Program-made: the position numbers and the translations under genes
Assembly: GCA_964016885.1 (NCBI GenBank)
Contig: OZ024742.1
Location: forward strand, 227,912,001 to 227,976,000
DNA from: Eledone cirrhosa
Taxonomy: Eukaryota
Direction of reading: 5' to 3'
DNA length: 64,000 nt
The notes under the pieces: model-generated
Told to the model about the DNA's origin: nothing
Database searches by the model: none
The model's input: the letters and a program-made list of their open reading frames with translations, nothing else
Part shown: positions 24,784-36,989 of the stretch, piece after piece
How the letters are laid out: each line of letters begins with the position of its first letter
How positions within the stretch are numbered: position 1 is the stretch's first letter

Positions 24784-24993
24784 AAACGAAGAGTGATAAA
24801 ATTTCAAGCAAAGAGTTTAATTAGGTAATGACTTACAAATTTGTTTCAGTATATAGACAAAGCCTGAAGCGCTAATTATAATAATTAGTTAATAATATTA
24901 CAAAATATATTAATATTATATTAAATATATACTGAAACAAATTTGTAAGTCATTACCTAATTAAACTCTTTGCTTGAAATGTTATCATTCTTC

Positions 24994-24997
<4 letters not shown>
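24784..24997. repeat. 72-bp inverted repeat with 70-bp spacer
   Basis: 24784-24855 vs 24926-24997, about 2 mismatches; abuts a long (TA)n. Confidence 0.9.
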
Positions 24998-25080
<83 letters not shown>

Positions 25081-26646
25081 TTTATCTAGTCCTTCGCTCA
25101 AGATTAATCTATAAGTTTAGATGTCTGCCTTCGTTTAAGTAAATATTACAGTAAGATTTTTAATATAAACAACTACAAAAAACAATTAATATTAAAACGA
25201 AAAAATTATCAATGATAAAAGAAGCGGATGCAACTTTTTTTTTTATAAAGTTATATTCCTGTTTCTTTAAAGAACATTTCATTTTTGTTCTATTGTAGGC
25301 GAAATAATGCAATGGTTTAATAGGGAAGATATAACTTACCAATTATGTCTCTAACCGTGTAACGCTTTTTAAGTAGATAACTACAATTGAAAATACTAAA
25401 GAAATGGAACCAACAATTCAATTTGAAAGTCGTCTACTTATAGTGACAGTGTATTACTGGTACTTTATTTTATCGACCCCGTAACGATGAAATGCAAATG
25501 CTTAAAATTTAAATTGCCTTAATTCTATCGTCTGCTGTTTCATTAAAGGGAGATTCTCGTCTGTATTTAATTCTATCGTCTACTGTTCCACTAAACAGAT
25601 ATACCTCCACTATCGTCTCTATTTATACATTTTAACTTATAACTTATACACATTTGATTTGAAATATTTTATCTAGTCCCCCCTCTCAATATTATGATGA
25701 TTTCTTTCGAATGAAACAGTTCTAGTCCTGTAGAAGCCATTTATATATATAATTGAACTGAGTTAAAATTCACAATATTTATAATTAAATAAGCTCATAT
25801 ATATATGTGTGTATTTATCTGTTTATTGTATTATATATAATGTGTGTATATACAGGATGTCCCCCAAAAATATATACACACTTCAACAGCATTCTAATAA
25901 CTATTGCCTGTACAGGTAATCAAAGTGTCAATCGAATGTTAGTTTCGTGTTTTAACAGTACAAATTTACAATACACACATAAAACCAGTGTATATACATA
26001 CATGAGTGTGTATACACATACATGAATGTGTATATACAATATATATGTATATATATATAGACACATATATTCACGGTGCAACGGAACATTAAAATATAGA
26101 TGCGGGAGAGGGGGTGTATATATAGGGGCGCTGGGGATAAAGGAGTGTAAAGCGTGTGTAATTGATATATTGAAGGAGAGGAGCGTGCAGCGATAGAGTA
26201 ACAAATATATAGAGAGGGGGAAAGATGGTATTGAAGGGGAGGAGTGCAAAGCGAAAGAGTAAGAGATATATATATAGAGAGACGGAACAGATAGAGAGAA
26301 ACAGGCGTAAGTAACAGTGGAAGAGATATATAGAGAGGGGGAAATGTGTTATTGAAGGGGAGGAGTGTAAAGCGAAAGCGTAAGATATATATAGAGAGAG
26401 GGGGAATAGTATATATATATATATATATATATACGTTATTCCGGGTTGAATCGGAGGTAACCACAACCAATCAGAGTAAGTGTTGATATATATATATATA
26501 TATATATGTAGATAAATCTACCAAGAGTTTACGGTAGTGTCCAATCCGTATGAAGAACTCAATGTATTCCGGATATCATGGAAAGAAGAAATGTAATGAA
26601 AAATCACTTTCGGTGAAAGATAAACGGTATACAGAGTCAAGATAAA

Positions 26647-26677
<31 letters not shown>

Positions 26678-26969
26678 CAACACTTACTCTGATTGGTTGA
26701 AAATTAGCCAATGACATACGATCACCACCACCACGGCTATCCCCGAAACATTTATGAAGATGTTAGGCATATATGTTAGAACACGAAAAGTGAACATTCT
26801 GTTGTTTCACACTTTTCGTGTTCTAACAGATACATAGCAGGTGTCTCGGACTTTTGGGACGCGCTGAGGGGATAATTTTGAAGTAAATTTTTTCCTCCTT
26901 TTTTGGCGGGGGTGTGTGTGTGTGCTATCAACTAATCTAACAACCAAAATATTTGGAATCGACTTTTGG

Positions 26970-28185
26970 CGATATCCAATTTTACGGGACTATTTGCTGC
27001 CCACGTGCTGTAGTTGCTGCTTACTTGGTGGCTTACTGCTTGTTGCTAGCTGCTGACTTGCTGCTATTGTTGCTTAACCTGCGTCACTGTTTGAGGCTAT
27101 TCCAACAAATTTACATTCCCTTTTTTTTAGCCGTTAAAAGAAATATAGATTTATTTATTTGCAACGTTTTTGTTAGTTTCTTGGGAGTTTTTTTTTGCGA
27201 TTTATTTGCCACTGGGGCATAGATTTCTTTATTTGCCACGTTTTTGTTTGTTTGTTTTTTGGTTGTTTTTTTTTTTGCGATTTATTTGCCACTGGGGCAT
27301 AGATTTCTTTATTTGCCACGTTTTTGGTTGGTTTTTTTTTTGGCGATTTATTTGCCACTGGGGCATAGATTTCTTTATTTGCCACGTTTTTGTTTGTTTT
27401 TTTTTGCGATTTATTTGCCACTGGGGCATAGATTTCTTTATTTGCCACGTTTTTGTTTGTTTGTTTGTTTGTTTTTTTGCGATTTTGCCACTGGGGCATA
27501 GATTTCTTTATTTGCCACGTTTTTGTTTGTTTGTTTTTTGGTTGTTTTTTTTTTTGCGATTTATTTGCCACTGGGGCATAGATTTCTTTATTTGCCACGT
27601 TTTTGTTTGTTTGTTTGGTTTTTTTTTGCGATTTATTTGCCACTGGGGCATAGATTTCTTTATTTGCCACGTTTTTGTTTGTTTGTTTGGGTTTTTTTTT
27701 GCGATTTATTTGCCACTGGGGCATAGATTTCTTTATTTGCCACGTTTTTGTTTGTTTGTTTTTTGGTTGTTTTTTTTTTTGCGATTTATTTGCCACTGGG
27801 GCATAGATTTCTTTATTTGCCACGTTTTTGTTTGTTTGTTTGGTTTTTTTTTTTTGCGATTTATTTGCCACTGGGGCATAGATTTCTTTATTTGCCACGT
27901 TTTTGTTTGTTTGTTTGTTTTTTTTTTTTTTACGATTTATTTGCCACTGGGGCATAGATTTCTTTATTTGCCACGTTTTTGTTTGTGGCAAATAAATAAA
28001 TCTATGCCCCAGTGGCAAATAAATCGCAAAAAAACCCAAGAAACTAACAAAAACGTTGCAAATAAATAAATCTATATTTCTTTTAACGGCTAAAAAAAAG
28101 GGAATGTAAATTTGTTGGAATAGCCTCATACAGTGAAGCAGGTAAGCAGCATCAGCAGCAAATAGTCCCGTAAAATTGGATATCG
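26970..28185. repeat. Foldback with an internal 11-copy tandem array
   Basis: 26970-27240 is inverted at 27985-28185. Bases 27197-27983 hold 11 copies of GCGATTTATTTGCCACTGGGGCATAGATTTCTTTATTTGCCACG separated by T-rich linkers (period 63-80 bp). Confidence 0.92.
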
Positions 28186-28189
28186 TCCG

Positions 28190-28715
28190 ACTTTTTTTTC
28201 CAGTTATTTTTATGATCCTTAAGGATGTAAGGTTCAGTGCACTTATCAAGATCTTATTGTTCAACCAGATTTTTACCCTGTCTATTGAGTCTATTAAATT
28301 CTCCTGGGTTGTTTTTCTATAAATTTTACTTAACTCTCTATTTATGAAGGATTTGTAAGCTTCAAAGCTCATGCTATAAATATTTTTATTTTTGTCGGCT
28401 AGGACTTGTATCATTTTATGATTTTTTTTAAAATTAATATTAGAGTTCATTTTTTTCAAGAGAGGATTGTTATAAGATGTTTTCCTGAAATTGATGTTTT
28501 TTATCAAGTCAAACAATTCATTTCCAAATCTATCTAGACTGGGGTTATGAAGTGAGTTTTTGAAGGTGTGAAATCCAAATCTGTGTACTTGTGAATTGCT
28601 GCTATCATGGTTACATGGTTTCCTATCGTAGTGAAAAATTTTCCATCTGACTTTCCTTATGAAAGAGTTAATATTGCTAATCAGGTGTTTCAGATAAAGT
28701 TTTCTGTCCAGCACT
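28190..28715 (-). mobile_element. Penelope-like N-terminal fragment (possibly Naiad-type)
   Basis: YLKHLISNINSFIRKVRWKIFHY...FGFHT...LFDLIKNINFR...VLADKNKNIYSM...Y, including a DKx variant of the PLE DKG motif. Confidence 0.6.
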
Positions 28716-28885
28716 GGTGCACTTCAGTGACAATTGAAGATGGTCTCTGGTCAACATCTTTGCCAAATTCGATAATGAATCTTGACACAGGGAACAGTTA
28801 TATAAAAGTTGAGAAAACAACTGTACATTTGGTAAAGTGAGGTTTAAGCTCAATGCGAGTTGGTAATGTATATAGTGTAAAGTTT

Positions 28886-29290
28886 TGTAGCAAGAGTTGC
28901 CTCCCTTGTTGTGATGATCACATCACCAATAGATTAACGCTGTCTAGACAGGAAGTAGCTGGAATTACTTCCCGTTGGGGTGGCAGAACCCTTTTTGTCA
29001 CTTCCGTCTTGAGACCCTATAAAAGGAATACTCAGAATGATCTCTCTCTCATTTGCCCTTTCGGCCAGGCGCGTTCGCGAAGTCTCTACTCTCTGGCAAC
29101 CCTAACATGGTCTCTTGCGAGCTAACTTCAAAATGGTAACAAATAACTTTACTTCATATTTCATCTACTCTTGACATATCAACAATTCTATACTACATAA
29201 CTTCAACTTGTTAATAAAACTTTATATACACAACTGAGTCTCTTGTTATATTCATACACACCAGTATTTTGTTATAAGTGGTGACCCCGA
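28886..29290 (+). mobile_element. LTR followed by a primer-binding site, internal region lost
   Basis: TGTAGCAA...TTGTTATA termini, TATAAAAG ~29018, AATAAA ~29213. TGGTGACCCCGA at 29279 matches the start of a tRNA-Trp PBS. Confidence 0.7.
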
Positions 29291-29681
29291 AAAAATAAAA
29301 AAAATGATAGGATCTGGTGTTGTGTGAATATATATAAAAAAATTAATTAGCAGTACCCCATTTTCGTTGGAATGTGTCGACCAACATTTCGAATACGCAG
29401 CAAACTTTATTAACAAAGACACACTTAACATGTATGTGCTACCAATGGTAGCACAATCTTCTTTGCCTGCTGATTCCAGAGAGGGTCATGGGGACAGAGT
29501 CCTCAAACACTCTTTCCAGCAGGTCCTTCCAATTGATTTGGCTGGATCCCCATGAATGAGCAGCCAAGCTCACAGATGTTATCCAACTATCTTGCTCTGG
29601 GTCTCCTGCTGGTTGGTTTTGTAGTGGTGGAGGGTGCTCTGAAAGTACAGTATCCAGAGTCAGAACGGGATGGAAAAAGTT

Positions 29682-30573
29682 TGCCCACTAAACGTTTCTC
29701 TCTAAAAATGAAAGGTAGATTGTATGATGCTTGTATACGAACACCAATGTTACATGGCAGTGAGACAAGGGCTTTGTGTGCAGAGGATCTGCACAGACTG
29801 GAGAGGAACGAAGCATCCATGCTCCGTTGGATGAGTAATAGTAATATACACGAACAGCAAAGCATAAATGAACTAAGTGAGAAATTAGGAATAAGAGGAA
29901 TCAGATGCTGTTTACTCGAAAGAAGACTACGTTGGTATGGTCACGTGATGCGCATGAAAGACGACAGTTGTATAAAAAAGTGCAAGGCGATCAAAATTGA
30001 TGGAAGTTACGGAATGGGTAGACCCAGAAAAACCTGGGACGATTTGATAAATTCCAACCTCACACACTTACACCTCTCTAAGACAATGTTACTGGACAGA
30101 GAGCTTTGGCGCTATGCAGTAATACAGAAGACTCGCCTTGCCTATGTACAAAGCGAAACCTACAATCAATAGGCACCTCTTAACCAAATATATACCCCAT
30201 CCCACTTCCCCTACTCCACCCATCCCGCACTCCCACCAACACCACCCTTTCTTTGTAAAGATATGTTGGTACCACAACATCCAGTCCAAAACAAAATAAA
30301 TGAGGTCGTGTAGGTGTCACGACAAAAAAACACACAGTCCACGCTGTAATGTGGCTGTGTAGGTAACACGGTTAAAACCTCCTAGTTCCACACTGTAAAC
30401 ATGATTGGTGTTAGGAAGGGCATCCAGCCATAGAAAACCTGCCAGTCAGCCTTATACGAGCGAGACATGGTCACCCGACCAATCTTGCTTCAAGTAGGAC
30501 AATTCCCGTCTAAACCCATGCTAGCGTGGAAGATAGACGTTAAACGTTGTTGATGATGATGATGATGATGATG
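29682..30573 (+). mobile_element. RTE subfamily B 3' fragment with UTR and (GAT)n tail
   Basis: FSLKMKGRLYDACIRT...RLRWYGHV...GRPRKTW; UTR homologous to 59860-60247. Confidence 0.9.
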
Positions 30574-30880
30574 AGTTTGGCTTTTACACCTCCCTCCCAT
30601 CTTCTGATTATCAAATACTGAAGCTGGTGCATTACTGCACCAACTCCTGCAATTCTTGCACTTAATTCAGCCTTCTGCATTCCATCACTCATGAACACGT
30701 CCTTGAGATACTTGAACTTCTCTACCTACTTCAGTGGAACTCCATTAACAGGTAGAGTGCACTGCGCAGGCTTCCTTGAGAAGATGAGTGTCTCAGTTTT
30801 CGCAGCACTGATTTTCATTCCAGCCATGCAGCACTCAACATCAAACCTATCAAGTGCAAGTCGGAGATCACTTTCTTGAT
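30574..30880 (-). mobile_element. RTE-clade (Rex3/Expander-like) RT fragment of a different family, with no PHD insert
   Basis: Minus strand: DLRLALDRFDVECCMAGMKISAAKTETL...L.*VEKFKYL...ARIAGVGAVM. Confidence 0.65.
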
Positions 30881-31228
30881 TATTTTCAAAGTTATTTGAA
30901 CAGTTTTGTCAGTCTTTCATTAGAAGTATGGTAACAAAATGGTTAAACTTTACAATGTGATTCTAATAAGCAGATTATTTTTAAAATATATTTTTATTTC
31001 GAAATATATATTAAGTTCCATATTTTTACACCAAAATATATAACCGTCAACAAATGGAGTGTATGACTCTGAAACACACCTATACACACATACATACCCA
31101 GAGTACTTCTTTTATCACAAGATTCCAGTCTTAAACATAAAAAACACAGGGATTCTGACTGAATCCAGGATTTATATATAATAGATCATGTTCTATACAT
31201 TGTAGTCTATGGACTATACATTCTAGAC

Positions 31229-34200
31229 CAGGTGTAGTGAATCTATTGGCAATAATCTTGTAGAAAAATTCCTTGGTATATCCATGGGGATTTTTGAGCA
31301 GCAAAATATAATGTTTATTATGTTAATATTTAATGAATTACTTTATGGAGAAAGAGAACAAAATTATTTAAAAGCATTCTTAACCATTTTGATAACAAAC
31401 TACCTGAAACTGACCCTGGTTCTATGATACAAAATTCTTCATTTTAAAGTGTGTATATTTATCTAAAAACCATCCATCATAATTTTATGTATGAACCTTT
31501 ATGTCATGTTCCAAACACCAACTTTAGTGATGAGAATATTACTAAGGCTCTCCAAATTCTTGATTATTTTCAAAATTATTTGAAAATCATTGACTGTCTT
31601 CCATTAGAAATATGGTAATGAAAGGGTTAGAAAAGTTTGTTTAGAATCTTTGATGACAAGGTTAATGACATGTAATACTAGTAAACTGAAAAATCAAAGT
31701 AATACACATTGTTACCACCCTGACCACCAGTAAACTGAGACATATTGTCACCACCTTGACCACCAGGTGGTAACTCTTTGATGACACAATATTAATGATA
31801 GGTAATACCAGTAAACTGAGACATCAAAGAAATAAATATATTATGGCTACCCTGGAGGCTCAAGGGACTGGAGTTTATCCTAGTTTCATTGGCATTGAGC
31901 AACCAAAAGTTCAATTCTCTACTCTGAACAGGATGCCAGTCCATCACAGTGTTAACCTCCAGCTGCAGCTGGAAAAAATAAAATGAAATTTACAACTTAC
32001 ACTTATGAGAGTGTATTTCATAGGAAATTTGTTGAGTGTTTTAATGATAGAGGGGATCAATCCTATCAGGTTGTTGTTACAGCTCACACATATGATTTAG
32101 CTGGCTTCCTACAAAGCCGTGTTTCATAGGAAGTTTCTTAGGAATTTAATGATAGGGGATCCAGTCCTATCATGAAAAGCAATGTGAAATGAAGTATCTT
32201 ACTCAAGAACATAACATTTGATCCAGGAATTAACCCCACAGTCTTATGATCATGAGTCTAACACCTTAACCAATAGGCCACACACCTTCATATGATACTC
32301 ATTTTCAGTTGAGTAGACAGTAGCAATGTGAAGTGAAGTGTTTTGTTCAACAACACAATGTACCATCCAGTACTGAAATTGAACTCATGACATTGCAACT
32401 GAGCCCAACCACTAAACCATACATCTTAACTACTAAACCATGCATCTTGACAAGATGATCTTTGTTTACTAACAAACATTTATTTAACCATTTCATAACC
32501 ACATTTCTATTGAAATATACTGTACTTCAATTAATTAATAAAGAATTTGGAGGGACTTACTAACATTATAATTTCATTAATAGGTGTTTGTAAGATAAGT
32601 TAATAACAGGTTCTAATATCAAATTATTTAGATTTTAATTTAAATAGAAATCCTTTGAAATGCATGGTTTTGTTTCATAAAATTAGAGATGGTTTTGGAT
32701 GGGTTGGTACCATAAGTATTAAGCAGTATGTCACAGCCTGTGTAGCTTCTTATGGAGTGATAACTGGTGAATTAATGATTGCTGAGATTTTTTTCTTCTT
32801 TTTTTTTTGTAAATTTTAAATAAATCTCTAACAAAAAAATGATTAAATACAAAAATCTTAAAACAAAGTTTTCTTTTAATTTGTGTCTGTATATCACAAA
32901 ACATACCAGCACAAGCAACTTAACGAGGCAAATGCAGCTGGTCACAATTTGTTACAATGTTTTAAAAATCTGACACAAGGTTACTGGTAGAAATTCTCAA
33001 CACTGCATGCAGGTTTGTGTCTGGAATCATGGATCTGTTCTTGGACTTGTTTATTTTAAGACAGGAAAAACTCTGTTCACAGATGTAAGTTGACCCCAAA
33101 ATAGAAAACAATCTGGCAGCAAAGCTTCTCAAACATGGAAATTTTTCATCTGAAAGTGACTTGAAATACTCTATTAATGGCACAGAATGAAACATTTCTT
33201 TCAACGGGTGATCTGCTTGCATGTCAATTAGTTCAAGCTGTATTTCTTCAGGTGCTGCATCAACATCAATCTTTTTGAAATCTGTAAAACTTCTTTCAAA
33301 CTCATCAACTGATGCATGATCTTTGAGGACATATTTGCAGGCACTTTCTCCTTCCCTAATAAAGAATAATGGCAGAACTTGCCTTTGCCTGGAGAACAAA
33401 GCAAGTTTTGCCTGAAAAGACTTGATATGCAAATAGATCCTTTCGCTGCAATATCACATTCAGGACATTAAGTTTTTCAAAAATGTCAACTGCAAACATT
33501 AGTTCATATCTCCCGTCTTCATAGGACATTTTTGTTACAAAGTCACAAGAAACCCCCTTCATGTCCAGAAAGAGAAGGATTTCTTCTCGCAACTCCCATA
33601 CTGTCTTCAGCATTTTGCCCAGGCTCATCCACCGCACTTTATTGTCTTTCAGCAGAAATTTGATCTGTTGGTGATTCAATGCCCTTGCTCTACAAATGTT
33701 TTATCAACACAAATGACCACACATTCAAACAAATCCTGACCTGTTGTTGTGCTTTTCATGGGCTTTAGTAAAAGGACTCTTCTGTGACATGAAAATTCTC
33801 ATTCACTCCACGAATGAAGATGAGTACCTGAGCAGTGTCTTGGATGTCAGTACTTTCATCTAGGGCTTCAGAGTACCACAAAAAATCTTTGGTAGCAGCC
33901 CCCAGCTGTTGAGTCAACTCATTACTTATTACATCAATGCGTTGTACAATAGTCCGTTTTGATAATGAAATACTTTCAAATTTACCTTTCACTTCAGGGA
34001 ACACAATGTTTGTGCAATCCATCATGCATTGTTTTAGAAACTCTCCATCCAAGAATGGTTTGTTGTTTTTTGCAAGATTGTATGCTACAATTAAACCTGC
34101 TTCTACGGCACTCTCATAATGTGATGATAGTTTTGTGAACATAGATTTTTGTTTGATCAATTTTTCTCACAAAATCCATTGCCTTTCTCTTCTCTTCTTC

Positions 34201-35260
34201 ATCGGACAAGGTAAGACCAAAACCCTTGTGTTTTGTTTGGTGATGTCGCTTTAAATTATACTCTTTGAACACAGCGATTGTCTCTTGACACAGCAAACAT
34301 GCCGCTTTATTCTCAACATTAGCAAAGAAATACTTGTGTAGCCAATCTTCTTGGAATACACAATATTCTTGGTTAATTTTGCGCTTTTTAGCAGAAGTCA
34401 TTATTATGGTCAGAAGAAATGTCACAGCGTTGTTGTGGAAACAAAATGCAGATGTCAACAGCATATGCACAGTTGTTATGTTGTGATTGTTATCTATATA
34501 CTACTAAAACTGAGTGATTGTTTGCTTGTCCGTAATGTAATACAGCCAAAAGAGCGCATAATGGGAAAATACTTTGAAAGGAAGTGGTCCCTAAAATGAG
34601 AATAAAACAAGTTTTGCGTAAATCGCATCACAGGTTCCCGAGATACGGGGTTTTTTGGGTACTTTTATAAATAGACAGAGAGAGAAGGATAGAGAGAAAG
34701 AGATAGTGGTTGTGAGAGAGTAGATTGAAAGAGAGAGAGAGAGAAAAGGAGACAGAGAAGGATAATGAAAAAGAGAGCTGGTGGTGTTGTTGAATGAAAT
34801 TATAACCGGTAACTTCAAAGAATCGAATACCACATTACTGTATCCTACTAAATAGGAAGGATTTCTAAATGTGTGTGTCTGTGACTGGTGTATATAGGTC
34901 ACAGACACCCAGGTGTATATATATGTATACACACACACACACATATATATATATGGGCCTTCCAATTTCATTTTACATTATATACATGTCTGTGTATATT
35001 TTAATTATTTAAAAACTATTTTTAAGTGAACATGATTTAAAAAAATACTTTTAAGTGAACGTTACCCAAAGGGTCACGGGTGGTCTAGTTTGAAATAAAG
35101 TGACCCTCTTTCTCACTGGTACAAAAACGTAACAAGATCTAGTCTCGGCTTAAGTATTATATGCGAAAATTTGTTAATTTTTATTTTCTTATTAATTCGC
35201 CGAATGCTTCCACGGGCCGCACAAAACTCTATGGTGGGCCGTAGTTTGCCCCGCCCCCTG
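31229..35260 (-). mobile_element. Decayed hAT DNA transposon (SPIN/Buster/Charlie-like)
   Basis: CAGG...CCTG termini with flanks TTCTAGAC / ATCTAGAC. Transposase pieces: CLLC...KEYNLKRHHQTKH, ALDESTDIQDTAQ, VRWMSLGK, GSTYICEQSFS. The left TIR is degenerate. Confidence 0.75.
32940..34405 (-). pseudogene. Frameshifted hAT transposase (GTF2IRD2-like family)
   Basis: ORFs 34114-34470, 33765-34160, 33356-33679 and 32962-33432 are consecutive parts of one transposase. Confidence 0.9.
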
Positions 35261-35504
35261 ATCTAGACCATACAAAATTGGATCCCTCACATGTTAAGTT
35301 TACATCTGCTGTCTTTACCACCATAATTTGTTCCCTTGGTTTATTATTTAATTGGTTTCAGTCATTAGACTGTGACCATTCTAGGACATTGCCTTGATTT
35401 AGTATCATATTGACTCCAGTACTCATTTCTTCAAATCTGATACATTTGTCAAACCAGTAAGTTATGGGGCATAAACACAACCATAGACACACACATAAAT
35501 ATAT

Positions 35505-35825
35505 ACAATGGGCTTCTATAGTTTCTGTCTACCAAATTCCACCTACAAAGCAATAGGTGAAATGAAGGCTATAGTAGAAGACACTTACCCAAAGTGGCAT
35601 GCAATGGGATTGAAACCAGAACCACATAGTTGCGTGACATAAATGTAAGCATAGACACACACACACACTCATATATATGATGAGCTTCTGCAGTTCCCAT
35701 CTCACAAATTTCACTTGACCCAAGGTCAAACTAGAAGACATTTATCCAAAGTGCCACCTAGTAGGATTGAACCTAGAACCATCTGATTGTGAAGCTAACT
35801 TTTTATCCACACAACCATGCCTGTG
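35505..35825 (-). mobile_element. Two tandem decayed tRNA-derived SINE heads
   Basis: Repeated ctatagtagaagacacttacccaaagtg...gggattgaa (minus-strand B-box-like TTCAATCCC). Confidence 0.55.
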
Positions 35826-36532
35826 TCTATTGTGAAATAAAGTTGAATAGCAATAGCAATAATTTAGAAAATATATTTTTCTCTCTAAATATCTAGCAAA
35901 TGCATATGAATGAATAAATAAATTAATTAAAAGTAATAAGCAAAATGCAGGGTTTGTTATTTAACTGACAGGTGAGGTAAACATGAAGTACAAGTACAAC
36001 ACTGATTTTTCTGCAACTGATAGTTTAATTTTTCAATTAATCTGGACATAATTCTGTACAGATACTTGAATTTCCTGTGATCCACCAGAGTAAGTTTACT
36101 AGGTGGCAATAAGTGATACTATCTCTCATTTTTAATCATCTAAATATTGTGATATCAGCTGCCACAGCTTCAGTGAATTGAATAAATTCTTATCCTATTT
36201 TACTTACATTTATTGTTAGTTATAATTTTGAAACACAGTGGTGACATAAATTTCCTTTGACCTACCAGAGTAGTTCACTGAGTGGCCACAGGCAGCACCG
36301 AGTGTCATTTTCAATTATCTCTAAAAATCTAAATATTGGTGGCTGTTGTAGTTCCAGTGAATTGGGGAAATTCTTAGATTATTTTACTTACATTTATCCC
36401 TAGTTATGGCTTCCAAACACAGTGCATGTGTCAAAATACTAGTACCTTTACATTATTATATTTCAGGTTATGGAGTGTTTCTACCTTCATGATGAGTTTT
36501 TAAGGAATGAAAAAAGGTATGTGGTGAAGGTT

Positions 36533-36780
36533 TTAACCCTTTCATTACCAACCATATTTTTAAGGAAATATACTATCGGACATAAAATGATGATGATGAT
36601 GATGATGATATACTAATATTACTAATTATTTCCATATTAAGGTGGTATTTGTACCATAACAAAACTTCTAATAAAAAATTATGTTAAAAATCTTTAATTC
36701 AATTGGGGACCCATTAAAATGGGTGGTTTTGTTTCATACAACCAGAGGCAGTTTAGGGTGGTTGGTTATCAAAGGGTTAA
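36533..36780. mobile_element. piggyBac-like MITE (relatives at ~31380-31630, 32484-32722, 45250-45395, 60770-60885, 61505-61960)
   Basis: TTAA-CCCTTT...AAAGGG-TTAA termini. Confidence 0.65.
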
Positions 36781-36989
36781 AGTCTCCTAAGATTTACCAT
36801 GAATTACTATTATATGATCTTTTTTAGGTCATGCAAAATAGATAATTCAGCGTGAGTTTGGTGCCAAAAGTGTTGAAAAATCTGGTGGTGTACTGGGACA
36901 AAGAGAGAGATAGAACCTGCTCTGATGAATAATCTGGCTTAAAAATACTATATGGCATCAATTTAATCAGTTGTACAAATGTGTTCCAC

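Noticed and set aside
25807-26470. Several overlapping ORFs of 70-170 aa
   Set aside because: Derived from TA/GA microsatellite-rich repeats; no protein motifs.
27197-27983. CRISPR-like appearance (constant repeat with variable spacers)
   Set aside because: Spacers are low-complexity T/GTTT runs that recur, there are no cas genes, and the context is eukaryotic.
29400-29670. Possible R4/Dong-like C-terminal remnant on the minus strand (KKIVL..VAH)
   Set aside because: Similarity is too short and degenerate to call.
29552-30172. 206-aa ORF with a signal-peptide-like N-terminus fused to the RTE C-terminus
   Set aside because: Most likely a chance in-frame junction between unrelated decayed sequence and a truncated RTE.
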